Shown here: positions 10,081 through 18,312 of the stretch, one piece after another
Layout of the letters: each line of letters opens with the position of its first letter
Position numbering within the stretch: position 1 is the first letter of the stretch
Assembly (NCBI GenBank): GCA_007693605.1
Contig: REDG01000053.1
Coordinates: 1 to 43,787, forward strand
Origin: Bradymonadales bacterium
GTDB taxonomy: Bacteria; Bdellovibrionota; UBA2394
Reading direction: 5' to 3'
Length of the DNA stretch: 43,787 nucleotides
Made by a program: the position numbers and the translations under genes
The notes under the pieces: model-generated
Database searches by the model: none
Told to the model about the DNA's origin: nothing
Seen by the model: the letters and a program-made list of their open reading frames with translations, nothing else

Positions 10081-11199
10081 ATGCGTTTTCTTCCCTTGTT
10101 GCTTGTTGGTTTGGGTCTGAACTCCGCCGCCTTGGCCAATCCAACGGAACGGCAAGAGCAAGCCGGGCCCCTGGCTCAGTGGTCTTTGAATCTTGCAGGA
10201 AGGCTGCAGCCAAACAATGAACCTGAGAGCGTTCATTTTTTTCCAAAACCCTATGTGGCTTATTCCCGAATGAATGCCGATCGCAGTCAACAGTCTTTGT
10301 TTTTAGTCGGGGGCTTGTTCAATCGGGTGAGCCATCATCAAAGGCTGAATGAGAATTGGGATGCTTCAGGAAGTTTGCAGGCGGTTACCTATATTGGAGG
10401 AGATCGCCCGCGCATCGACGGAGACGACTTTTTGAATCAGTTCGACTTTCGATCCAACGATCTTTCGGGTGAGCTTGGCCTTCATTACCGATTTCAAGCT
10501 TTGGAGTTTCCATTGAGAGCAAGTCTGGTCGCAAGATCTCAAGTCTCTTGGAGCTTTCAGAGGAAAAATCCGGAGGGAAGAAATCCTCCTAAATTCCACG
10601 GTCAACTGGGTCCTTTGCTTCGGGTCTCAAGAGCCCAAGCCTTGAGGAGCCGGATTCACGATCGAGGTTTCTTTCCTCAGGCCTATGCCTCTTATCAGCA
10701 TCGATTGGGTTGGGATCTTGAGTCGCTCGTCAATCGTCGGCAACTGGGGGGCAAGACTTGGTTTGAGTTTGGGGGGGGATTTCAACATCTCTGGGCCCTG
10801 AATTCAGATGATCGAGTCCTTTTTGAGGGCAGTGGCTACTGGATTGCCCGTGGAGATCGGCTCAATTCTGTGCCGGGCCGGCAGTTTCAAGGGGATGCCT
10901 ATTCAAAGTTCTTTTCAGAGATTCGAGCCGACCGCTTCTTGGAGGCGGGCTTTAGTTCACTCAACCGTCTGAGCCTTCGAGGTGATGTCTGGATCCAGCG
11001 AAGTCTTCAGTTCTTTCATTTTCGAGAAGTCGGCCTTTTCGACCTCAGAAAGCGTAGCGGCCTGAACGCAAGCTTGGAGCTTCTGGGGGAATCTTGGAAT
11101 CGATTCGACTGGAGTTTCTACTACGGAGCCTCTTACGGATTACGAAAAGATCCGCTCTTGACCCATGAACTGGGCTTTCGAACTTCTTATCGTTTGTAG
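10081..11199 (+). CDS. Putative outer-membrane beta-barrel protein
   Basis: Signal peptide MRFLPLLLVGLGLNSAALA; amphipathic beta-strand pattern; C-terminal LGFRTSYRL. Confidence 0.65.
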   Translation: MRFLPLLLVGLGLNSAALANPTERQEQAGPLAQWSLNLAGRLQPNNEPESVHFFPKPYVAYSRMNADRSQQSLFLVGGLFNRVSHHQRLNENWDASGSLQAVTYIGGDRPRIDGDDFLNQFDFRSNDLSGELGLHYRFQALEFPLRASLVARSQVSWSFQRKNPEGRNPPKFHGQLGPLLRVSRAQALRSRIHDRGFFPQAYASYQHRLGWDLESLVNRRQLGGKTWFEFGGGFQHLWALNSDDRVLFEGSGYWIARGDRLNSVPGRQFQGDAYSKFFSEIRADRFLEAGFSSLNRLSLRGDVWIQRSLQFFHFREVGLFDLRKRSGLNASLELLGESWNRFDWSFYYGASYGLRKDPLLTHELGFRTSYRL

Positions 11200-11337
11200 T
11201 GCAAGGGCCTTAGAGAAGAACATTGAGGCATTCTCAAAAGAGGAGCCCCTCGACTGAAGTTCCGCTTCAATATTTCAAGACTTGCCCACTTTCCTTTCTA
11301 GTAACTTGGTCTATAAGGAAGCTCAGAGGCCTTAAAA

Positions 11338-11365
11338 ACTAAAACAAATATGTATTATGTAAACC
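11338..11365 (+). other. Possible dif-like (XerCD) site
   Basis: ACTAAAACAAA-TATGTA-TTATGTAAACC. The XerD arm resembles TTATGTTAAAT and the spacer is 6 bp, but the XerC arm is poor. Confidence 0.3.
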
Positions 11366-11383
11366 TGTAAATCGATTTTCCTC

Positions 11384-12025
11384 ATGCAAAAAGAAAAAAA
11401 AGCCGCCGCACTCATCTGGAAGGGAGACATTTTCGATGCTCTTGCCTATTTCGAACTCAAGAGCCCTCGAATTGATCTTCAATGTCTCATTGTGCCCGTC
11501 GATGAAGAAGGCAATCTCTGGGGAAGTCGGGTCCCCTTCCCTCTTCTAGAGGCTCAAGCAGAATCCCTAGAGATCAGTGTTCGCAAATGCGTGCTTTCCC
11601 AATGGTCTTGGGAGGGGTTGAGTCTGGGCTGTCGAGATCTTTTGAAAGATCAAAGCTTAGAGCTTTTGGCCTTCTCAGACTTTCAAAGAGATCCAGACTG
11701 GGAAAAGCTTGCCAAGGCTGAAGGTCTTTCTCTTTTGTGGCCTATGCAATCCTGGACCATTGAGCTTGCGAGAAATGCTTTCTTGAGTATGGGCCACGAG
11801 GCCCTCATTTATGAGTCTAAAGTTCCAGAGTTTTTGGGAACGGCTGTTAACAGGGCTGTACTGGAGAGGGCGATGCAAGAAGGGGAGCTGTTCTTCAAAG
11901 CTTTCGTTTACAACGGTCCTTTTTTTCAAAGAAAAATTGCTTTAGGCTGCCAAGAGGGGCAAGCGGCGGAGGCTGGACCGCTTCTCCTTCAACTCCTAGA
12001 TAAGAAATCGGAGAGGTACCACTGA
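11384..12025 (+). CDS. Diphthamide synthase/DUF71 (PP-loop ATPase)-like protein, degenerate
   Basis: LLEAQAESLEI, LLWPMQSW and GELFFKAFVYNGPFFQRKI resemble the family; SGGKDS is replaced by KGDIFD. Confidence 0.6.
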   Translation: MQKEKKAAALIWKGDIFDALAYFELKSPRIDLQCLIVPVDEEGNLWGSRVPFPLLEAQAESLEISVRKCVLSQWSWEGLSLGCRDLLKDQSLELLAFSDFQRDPDWEKLAKAEGLSLLWPMQSWTIELARNAFLSMGHEALIYESKVPEFLGTAVNRAVLERAMQEGELFFKAFVYNGPFFQRKIALGCQEGQAAEAGPLLLQLLDKKSERYH

Positions 12026-12615
12026 TGACGGAACAGAAAGAGTCGAGAAAAGAAATGAAGACTGAAAAGTTGATCTCCTTGGGGCTGGTTTGCTTGGCGG
12101 TCGCACTGAGTTTTGCGTTTTCGTTTCTGATAGACGCACCGGCAAACTTTTCAATCTTGGGGGCCAGTTTATTGGTGCTTGCCGTTTTTATTCGTCATCT
12201 TCCCTGGCTTCTGTTTTTGAGCCTTCTTTTGATTGTGGCCAATCTACTTCAAGGCCCCAGCTTTCCGGGTATGGGCTGGCACCTGATGAGTTTTGGGGTT
12301 TATCTGGCCATTGGTCGTTGGTGGAAGAGAGACTTTGGCTGGACTCGATCGATTTCAAGCCCCGTATTGGCAAGCCTTTGTTTCTTTGTGGTCTCAAATC
12401 TGGGAGTTTGGCTTTGGAGCCCTCTCTATGAGGTCAGCCTAAGTGGGCTTGTGCTTTGTTTTACCATGGCCATTCCCTTTGGTCTGAAGAGCCTGTTGGC
12501 AGATTGCTTTTTCACGGCCTGCTTCATCGGACTAAGTGCTTGGGCGCATCAGAGACTGTCAGACGAAAGCTTTTCTGAAAAGATCAGTCTTCAGACCCAG
12601 CCAATCGAACTATAG
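12025..12615 (+). CDS. DUF6580-like putative membrane transport protein (S-component-like)
   Basis: About 6 TM helices; PANFSILGA and ASLCFFVVSNLGVW...Y...SLSGLVLCFTMAIPF motifs; start overlaps the upstream stop (TGATG). Confidence 0.7.
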   Translation: MTEQKESRKEMKTEKLISLGLVCLAVALSFAFSFLIDAPANFSILGASLLVLAVFIRHLPWLLFLSLLLIVANLLQGPSFPGMGWHLMSFGVYLAIGRWWKRDFGWTRSISSPVLASLCFFVVSNLGVWLWSPLYEVSLSGLVLCFTMAIPFGLKSLLADCFFTACFIGLSAWAHQRLSDESFSEKISLQTQPIEL

Positions 12616-12667
12616 CGAAGCATGGGCCTTCAGTTCATTTCATTTGCAGGCCAGTCTTTGGCTCGAT

Positions 12668-12880
12668 GGCCTGGAGGATTGAAAGGCATCCGCTGGGGAC
12701 CGCCTAGAATTCCAAACAACTTCGATGACTTCCAGGGCCCGCTCACCTGGATATCTGACTCTAAGGATGGCTGGATCGTTTCACTCATCACGATCCAGCC
12801 TCGCGCCGTTAATCCATTACTTCGTCTTACCATTCAGGCGCTCGGAGAGCCCCATCGGCTCCCTTTGAATCCTCCAGGCC
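12668..12880. ncRNA. Structured non-coding element (long closing stem with internal hairpins), family unknown
   Basis: 12668-12698 pairs with 12850-12880 (27/31), and 12701-12710 pairs with 12832-12840. Internal hairpins at 12731-12751 (6 bp) and 12769-12800 (11 bp perfect). Confidence 0.5.
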
Positions 12881-12950
12881 CAGGACACTCAGATTCATCC
12901 CTCCAGTTACCTTCTCACTCATTGTCCCAAGTCTCGCCGACTCTGCGAAC

Positions 12951-13003
12951 ATCGTCGACCGGAGGTCGACCTGAATGAGGGAGCAGATGGGCCCTTAGCG
13001 CCA
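12951..13003 (+). repeat. Partial copy of dispersed repeat (right end of the element at 23077-23273)
   Basis: 46/53 nt identical to 23214-23266, including the TCGACC-N3-GGTCGA hairpin and TGGGCCCTTAGCGCCA. Confidence 0.85.
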
Positions 13004-13011
13004 CTCGCCCG

Positions 13012-13521
13012 TTAGCGAGAGTCTCTCTTCCCCTGCCGCCGCCTCCCCGCAGCCCGAAGATGACCCATGATTCGTTTTTGAGCCGTCATTTCAAATCGCT
13101 GACTCTTTCTCAAGCCCACCGGAGCTGTCGAGCCGATAGGTTTCTTTGCCTTCGAAGATTTTGTGGCCCTCTTCTTTTTCTTTTGCTCTCTCTTTTCGCG
13201 CTTAAGTTCTTTCTTCTTTTCTAAAAGCCGCTTTTGTTTCAATTTTTGATGAGCGGTCTCAAAGGCATTCACGCAGCGGCTGAATATATCGAGCTTGTCT
13301 CTGCTGCGATTTTTAACCGTCTCAATTCCTTCTCGTTTCTTTAAAATTCGCTGCTTCTTCCACTGAGTTCTCGCCTTATCTCGGTACTTTCGAGCAAGTC
13401 TAATCTTAGTAGTCAAATCTTCTTCATTCCAATTCTTAATCTGCTTTGGCCCGGCTTCTTCAAACAGTTTAAATTCCTGTCGATTGAGAAGAGTTTTTGC
13501 CTTTTGCTTTGAAATTGCCAT
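13012..13521 (-). CDS. Highly basic hypothetical protein
   Basis: 169-aa Lys/Arg-rich ORF directly downstream of cdd; C-terminal IMGHLRAAGRRRQGKRDSR. Confidence 0.7.
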   Translation of the reverse strand: MAISKQKAKTLLNRQEFKLFEEAGPKQIKNWNEEDLTTKIRLARKYRDKARTQWKKQRILKKREGIETVKNRSRDKLDIFSRCVNAFETAHQKLKQKRLLEKKKELKREKREQKKKKRATKSSKAKKPIGSTAPVGLRKSQRFEMTAQKRIMGHLRAAGRRRQGKRDSR

Positions 13522-13524
13522 GAG

Positions 13525-14007
13525 CTATCTCCTTTGCGCTTGTTTTGATTTGAGCTTTAAATCTTTTTTTGTGAATCGAAAACCGAACAGCTCTTTGAGT
13601 CGATAGAGGCCAAGAATTTCTTTTGGATTTGCGATCCACAGCTTGGTATCTGGGCCAGAAAATTCTGAAATCACTTGAAGACACATTCCACAGGGGGCCG
13701 CACCCTCTGAATTTGAAGTCACCAAACAAATCTCATCAATGCGACGATGGCCGGCAGCAACAGCTGTGACAATGGCCACCCGTTCAGCGCAAATGGTGGC
13801 CCCATAGCTTGCGTTTTCAACATTGGTGCCGGCAAAAAACTGGCGGCCCGATCGCACAGAAGCTCCCACTGGATATTTGGAATAGGGAGAGTAAGAGCGA
13901 GTTTGTGCTTCTTTAGCAAGCTGATAGAGCTTTTTCGTGGAGCTCGTGACGAGCTTTCGCCACTCTGCCACTGCATCTTTGACCGAGTTTTTTTTTGGTT
14001 TCGGCAC
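13525..14007 (-). CDS. cdd: Cytidine deaminase
   Basis: YSPYS, NVENASYGATICAER and PCGMCLQ zinc motifs. Confidence 0.95.
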   Translation of the reverse strand: MPKPKKNSVKDAVAEWRKLVTSSTKKLYQLAKEAQTRSYSPYSKYPVGASVRSGRQFFAGTNVENASYGATICAERVAIVTAVAAGHRRIDEICLVTSNSEGAAPCGMCLQVISEFSGPDTKLWIANPKEILGLYRLKELFGFRFTKKDLKLKSKQAQRR

Positions 14008-14050
14008 TGTCTTTCTGGCCTCTCTTTGTTTAAAGTCTATCGAAGTTCTT

Positions 14051-15073
14051 ATGCAAAAAAAAGGAATTTGGCTGATTCAACTGGGGAGTCCTCGCTCTCC
14101 TAAGCGCGGGGATGTCGCCGCTTACCTTCGTGAGTTTTTAAGCGATCCAAGAATGATTCAACTCCCTAGCCCTCTTCGCTGGGGCTTGGTCAACTGCATC
14201 ATCGCGCCTTTCCGCTCAAAAAAGAGTGCAGCCGCTTACTCTAGCATCTGGGGAAAGAATGGATCTCCCCTGGTGACCCATAGCGAGGATCTCGCTGTAG
14301 CCATTCAAAAGAGACTGCCCTCAGACATATGGGTCGAACTGAGTATGCGCTACGGCTCTCCCAGCATTGAACAGGGCTGGCAGAGAATCAAAGAACGAGG
14401 AGTGACGGATCTAAAGATCTTGCCCTTATTCCCTCAGTATTCTTTCTCGACTTCCGCATCCGTCTTTGATGCCATCTCGAACATTTGGAAGTCTGAGCCC
14501 GTTCTTCCAAATCATCAGTTTTTCAGTTTCTTCTATCAGCACGAGGCTTTCATCGAGGCCTTTGCCCAAGTCGGAGAGAACTTTGACTTTGATGCTTACG
14601 ATCATATTCTGATGAGCTATCACGGGCTGCCGGAATCCTATGTCAAGCAAACAGGAAAGGAGTGTCTTTTAAACGAAAGATGCTGCGATCGAATAGATGA
14701 GAGGAATGCATTTTGTTACCGAGCGCAGTGCTTTGACAGTTCTCGCCGTTTGATGGAGCGCCTTAAAATTCCAAAGAACAAAGTGACGGTTTGTTTTCAG
14801 TCGAGACTTTCAGGACCTCCGTGGATTCGACCCTTCACAGACCATGTCGTATTGGATTTGGCCAAGCAGTCTTGCAAAAGGCTCCTGGTCTTCTGCCCGT
14901 CCTTTGTGGCCGATTGTTTAGAAACCATTGAGGAGATTGGAATTCGGGCTCGCGAAGACTTTGTTGAGGCGGGTGGAGAAGAGTTAACTCTTGTCCCCTC
15001 CTTAAATGCCCATCCGGCCTGGGTGGAGGCCTGCCTTCAAATTCTCAAAGAAAAGCCCCTAGAAAGCCCTTAA
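14051..15073 (+). CDS. hemH: Ferrochelatase
   Basis: QLGSP, YLREFLSD, MRYGSP, PLFPQYS, SYHGLP, FQSR and FVADCLETIEEI motifs; ATG at 14051. Confidence 0.95.
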   Translation: MQKKGIWLIQLGSPRSPKRGDVAAYLREFLSDPRMIQLPSPLRWGLVNCIIAPFRSKKSAAAYSSIWGKNGSPLVTHSEDLAVAIQKRLPSDIWVELSMRYGSPSIEQGWQRIKERGVTDLKILPLFPQYSFSTSASVFDAISNIWKSEPVLPNHQFFSFFYQHEAFIEAFAQVGENFDFDAYDHILMSYHGLPESYVKQTGKECLLNERCCDRIDERNAFCYRAQCFDSSRRLMERLKIPKNKVTVCFQSRLSGPPWIRPFTDHVVLDLAKQSCKRLLVFCPSFVADCLETIEEIGIRAREDFVEAGGEELTLVPSLNAHPAWVEACLQILKEKPLESP

Positions 15074-15104
15074 ATCAAGACCTTAAAGCCGAGCTTCGGC
15101 TCGA

Positions 15105-16106
15105 ATGAATCATGATATGCTGGAGGGGATGGGAAAAGGGGCAGAGCTGAGCCGCTCGTCTGGGGAGGCGAAGTATTTTCAGATTCCAGTCAATCTCTAT
15201 CAGCCCGATGAGTTGATTCATCGGGATCTTTACCTATTCTATCAAGGAACTTACCTTCTCTTTCGGCCTAAGAATCTTCGATGGAACCAAAAGGATAATA
15301 AACAGTTAGAAGAGTTTGGCGTGAAGAGCCTCTACATCAAATGCGATGGCAAAGAGGAGGCAAATCAGTTTCTTGAGTGCAACCTCTCGCGCATTCTTCA
15401 AGAGGGAAAGATCGATTCAGGGCAAAAAGCTCAAATCATCTATGAAACTTCTACGGCCATTCTTGAAGACATCTTTTCAAGGCCGAATTCTCCGGAGCGA
15501 GTGAAGCGATCGGTCGAGTTCGTCAAAAACTCGGTGGAGTATCTGAAAGACAAAGAGAATTTCTTAGAATTGATGAAAATGGCTTCGAAGGATTTTTGTG
15601 AATACACTCACGCACTCCAAACGAGCGCTTACGCCATCTCTCTGGGGCGAGCCATCGGCATTAAGAGCTTTAATGAGCTGACCGCTCTTGGAGTCGGGTC
15701 GATTCTTCACGATGTTGGAAAGGTCAAGATTGATTCGAGAATTCTCGACAAAGGCGAGGCCCTGAATGACGATGAGAGACTTGAGGTGCAAAAGCACCCC
15801 CAATTGGGGTTTGAACTTCTGAGACGCCAAAGAAGCATCCCCGAAGAGGCTGAACTCATCATCCTACAGCACCACGAAAGACCAAACGGAAAGGGTTACC
15901 CCTACGGCATCAGTGATGATCTTCATATATGCTCCAAGATCGTAGCCTTGGTGGATTGTTACGACAGCATGACATCCAACCGTCGTTATCGAAAAAAACT
16001 CTCCCCCGTAAACGCGCTTCGCCTCATTCACACCGAACTGAGAGAAGAGTACGAGCCTCGACTGGTCACCGAATTCATTAAGGTCTTAGGAGTCAAGCCA
16101 TCATGA
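15105..16106 (+). CDS. HD-GYP domain cyclic-dinucleotide phosphodiesterase
   Basis: YTHA, LHDVGK, QHHERPNGKGYP and DCYDSMT motifs. Confidence 0.9.
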   Translation: MNHDMLEGMGKGAELSRSSGEAKYFQIPVNLYQPDELIHRDLYLFYQGTYLLFRPKNLRWNQKDNKQLEEFGVKSLYIKCDGKEEANQFLECNLSRILQEGKIDSGQKAQIIYETSTAILEDIFSRPNSPERVKRSVEFVKNSVEYLKDKENFLELMKMASKDFCEYTHALQTSAYAISLGRAIGIKSFNELTALGVGSILHDVGKVKIDSRILDKGEALNDDERLEVQKHPQLGFELLRRQRSIPEEAELIILQHHERPNGKGYPYGISDDLHICSKIVALVDCYDSMTSNRRYRKKLSPVNALRLIHTELREEYEPRLVTEFIKVLGVKPS

Positions 16107-17098
16107 TTCAGGCCGCCTTCGAGAGTCTCGATCAAAACATTGAAAAGCAGTATGTGCCTGTAGAGCTTGATTTTATTGAACTGGATTCGCTGTGCGAGCA
16201 GAACATCTACTTGTTTGTTCAAGATCGGTTTGTGCTCTACCGAGGAGCCAACCTCCCCTTCACTCTTCAAGACAAACTGCGCCTAGAGAAGGCGAAGCAA
16301 AACAAAGTTTATATCTACTGCGAAAACGAAGCGGATCTTCGTCGATTCTACGAATCCAACCTGACCAATATTATCGAAAGCGACAAGGTCGCGCCTGAAA
16401 AGAAGGCAAAAGTTCTCTATCAGTGCGCCAAGGGCATTGCCAAAGATCTGTTTGAAAAGCCAACAAGCACCGAGACCATCCAGCGATCACGAGGGGTGGT
16501 CGACAACACCTTAAGCCTCCTATCCAAAAGTAGTGATGCCTTTGTTCAAATGATATCGCTCTCGGGCCATGATTATTATACCTACACCCATTGCGTGAAT
16601 GTTCTCACATTGACGGTGAGCCTCTTGTCTGACCTCGGCTACAAAGATCCCCGTTTTTTGAAAGAGGCAGGTATGGGAGCCCTTCTTCATGATGTTGGAA
16701 AGAAGAAAGTGCCCATCGAAATTCTCAACAAGCCTGGCAAATTGACAGAGGAAGAGTGGCAAGTGATGAAGCGACATCCTGAGTTCGGAGCTGAGATCGT
16801 AGAGAGAGCTCGAATGCCCGAACGAGGAGTGGATATCATCATTCAGCATCACGAAAGAATAAACGGCAAAGGCTACCCGCACGGTCTGGTCGGACAAGAT
16901 ATTCCGATTGCCTCTCAAGTGGTGGCGATCACCGATGCCTACGACGCCATGACAACGAACCGATGTTACCAGAAGGCAATGAAGCCCTTCGACGCGATGC
17001 GAATCATCACCCAAGAAATGAAGGGCCACTACAACCCTCAGGTCGTCCAGAAATTCCTACAGATGCTTAATGTAAAAAACAAGCTTCAGAAAAAATGA
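16103..17098 (+). CDS. HD-GYP domain cyclic-dinucleotide phosphodiesterase (paralog)
   Basis: YTHC, LHDVGK, QHHERINGKGYP and DAYDAMT motifs; ATGA overlap with the previous gene. Confidence 0.9.
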   Translation: MIQAAFESLDQNIEKQYVPVELDFIELDSLCEQNIYLFVQDRFVLYRGANLPFTLQDKLRLEKAKQNKVYIYCENEADLRRFYESNLTNIIESDKVAPEKKAKVLYQCAKGIAKDLFEKPTSTETIQRSRGVVDNTLSLLSKSSDAFVQMISLSGHDYYTYTHCVNVLTLTVSLLSDLGYKDPRFLKEAGMGALLHDVGKKKVPIEILNKPGKLTEEEWQVMKRHPEFGAEIVERARMPERGVDIIIQHHERINGKGYPHGLVGQDIPIASQVVAITDAYDAMTTNRCYQKAMKPFDAMRIITQEMKGHYNPQVVQKFLQMLNVKNKLQKK

Positions 17099-17108
17099 AC
17101 GAAAGATT

Positions 17109-18230
17109 CTAAATCTTCTGCAAAAAGACTCGGCGCAAGATCCCTCGGCTGGTCACCACTAAAACTTCCTTTTCAGCAACGATGACGGGGGCATGAAAAA
17201 TTCCGGAGCCGAGCTCAGTGGAACTGAGTAAGGGCTTGCCAGTTCTTCGGTCCAGGACAAACAAACTCCCCTCAGAGCTTCCAAACCACACTTCTTCGGA
17301 ACCCAATGCGACCTCCGACGCTAAGCCTCGGGCAAGCGAGTACTCCCAAATCAAATTCCCCGTTTCTAACTCGATTTTTTGAACTCGACCTTCTCGATCA
17401 GAAACAAAAACGCTGCCTGAAGCTTGATCAATCACGGGCGAGCTGTGAACTCCAACCGACTTTTCCCAGAGAAGCTTTCGCGAGCCTGCTTGAGCCTTCC
17501 ATGCCCGCAGAATCCCCCCAAAAGAGGCGGCCACCAGATACTCCCCTTCAGACCGAATGGATCGAAGATCATTCAAGCCCATGCTGTCCACTCCCGCTGT
17601 GCCGAAAGAGTCCGTCCAAAGCCTCTCTCCTGTCGAAGCCTGAAGCCCCTGAAGCCGCCCTGAGGGAAATCCCGCCAGAAGCCGATTCTGAAAGAAAGCG
17701 AGAGGCTGCCCGCTGATCAAACTGAACAGAGAGGCCTCCGTATCCGATTGCTGCCACAACCACTCCCCCGTATGGCGATCCAGGGCGACGAGCTGGCCTT
17801 GAGAATTCATCAGATAAAAGCGCTCTCGATCTACTAGGGCCTCTCCGAAGAAAATTCCTCGAACTCGCCTCTCCCAAAGGCTTTCCCCAGTTCGACGATT
17901 GAGAGCGTAGGCGTAACCCTTGGTGTCGGCCCCAAAGACTTCGTCTCCCTCGACCACCCACGAAGACTGAGAAGGGCCCTTCAGAGGGGACTCCCAAAGA
18001 ACCTGACCCGTTCGAATCGACCGAGCCGCCACTTGCGGGGCCAGCCCCGCCACCAAAAATCGATCCTCTTCGACCTGAAGACCCCCAACAAAAAATCTGC
18101 CTACTTGCTCCGCTGGGTTCGTGGACGGGTTCATCACCACTAACCAGCGATGAAAGAGCTTCCAGTCTTCGGCAGAGGCGGGGGAGATGCCAAGCCAGAG
18201 GGCAAAAAAAGAGACTAAAATCACACGCAT
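17109..18230 (-). CDS. bamB: PQQ-like beta-propeller protein, BamB-like
   Basis: Repeated ALDRxTGxxLW motifs, signal peptide, adjacent to der. No lipobox Cys is visible. Confidence 0.6.
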   Translation of the reverse strand: MRVILVSFFALWLGISPASAEDWKLFHRWLVVMNPSTNPAEQVGRFFVGGLQVEEDRFLVAGLAPQVAARSIRTGQVLWESPLKGPSQSSWVVEGDEVFGADTKGYAYALNRRTGESLWERRVRGIFFGEALVDRERFYLMNSQGQLVALDRHTGEWLWQQSDTEASLFSLISGQPLAFFQNRLLAGFPSGRLQGLQASTGERLWTDSFGTAGVDSMGLNDLRSIRSEGEYLVAASFGGILRAWKAQAGSRKLLWEKSVGVHSSPVIDQASGSVFVSDREGRVQKIELETGNLIWEYSLARGLASEVALGSEEVWFGSSEGSLFVLDRRTGKPLLSSTELGSGIFHAPVIVAEKEVLVVTSRGILRRVFLQKI

Positions 18231-18312
18231 CTTTCAAGCAATAATGCATTCCCAGCTCGCTGGCAAAGGAAGTTTTATTGCCTTGAGGGCGGCAAGTTCA
18301 ATGGGAGTGGCG

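Noticed and set aside
11200..11383. Cobalamin riboswitch upstream of the DUF71/DUF6580 pair
   Set aside because: No GGGAA...GCCCCCGC/ACTGT core or B12 box is visible.
12769..12800. Hammerhead-like TGATGA...GAAAC on the minus strand
   Set aside because: The core lacks the initial C (CUGAUGA), there is no stem II between the motifs, and no three-way junction can form.
12622..12978. ORFs 12622-12978 (+) and 12630-12833 (-) as genes
   Set aside because: No RBS or domain motif, and the composition reflects the inverted repeats. The faint resemblance to a RAYT fragment (GWIVMS) lacks the HUH motif.
12616..13011. Retron msr-msd or CRISPR array
   Set aside because: No reverse transcriptase or cas gene in the window, and no regularly spaced direct repeats.
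15089..15103. CGAGC-TTCG-GCTCG hairpin between hemH and the HD-GYP genes as a terminator
   Set aside because: The stem is short with no U-tract; at most an RNA stability hairpin.
17569..18249. 226-aa alternative-frame ORF inside the bamB-like gene, and other shadow ORFs in the track
   Set aside because: They overlap well-supported genes, have low-complexity Gly/Arg/Ser composition and show no motifs.
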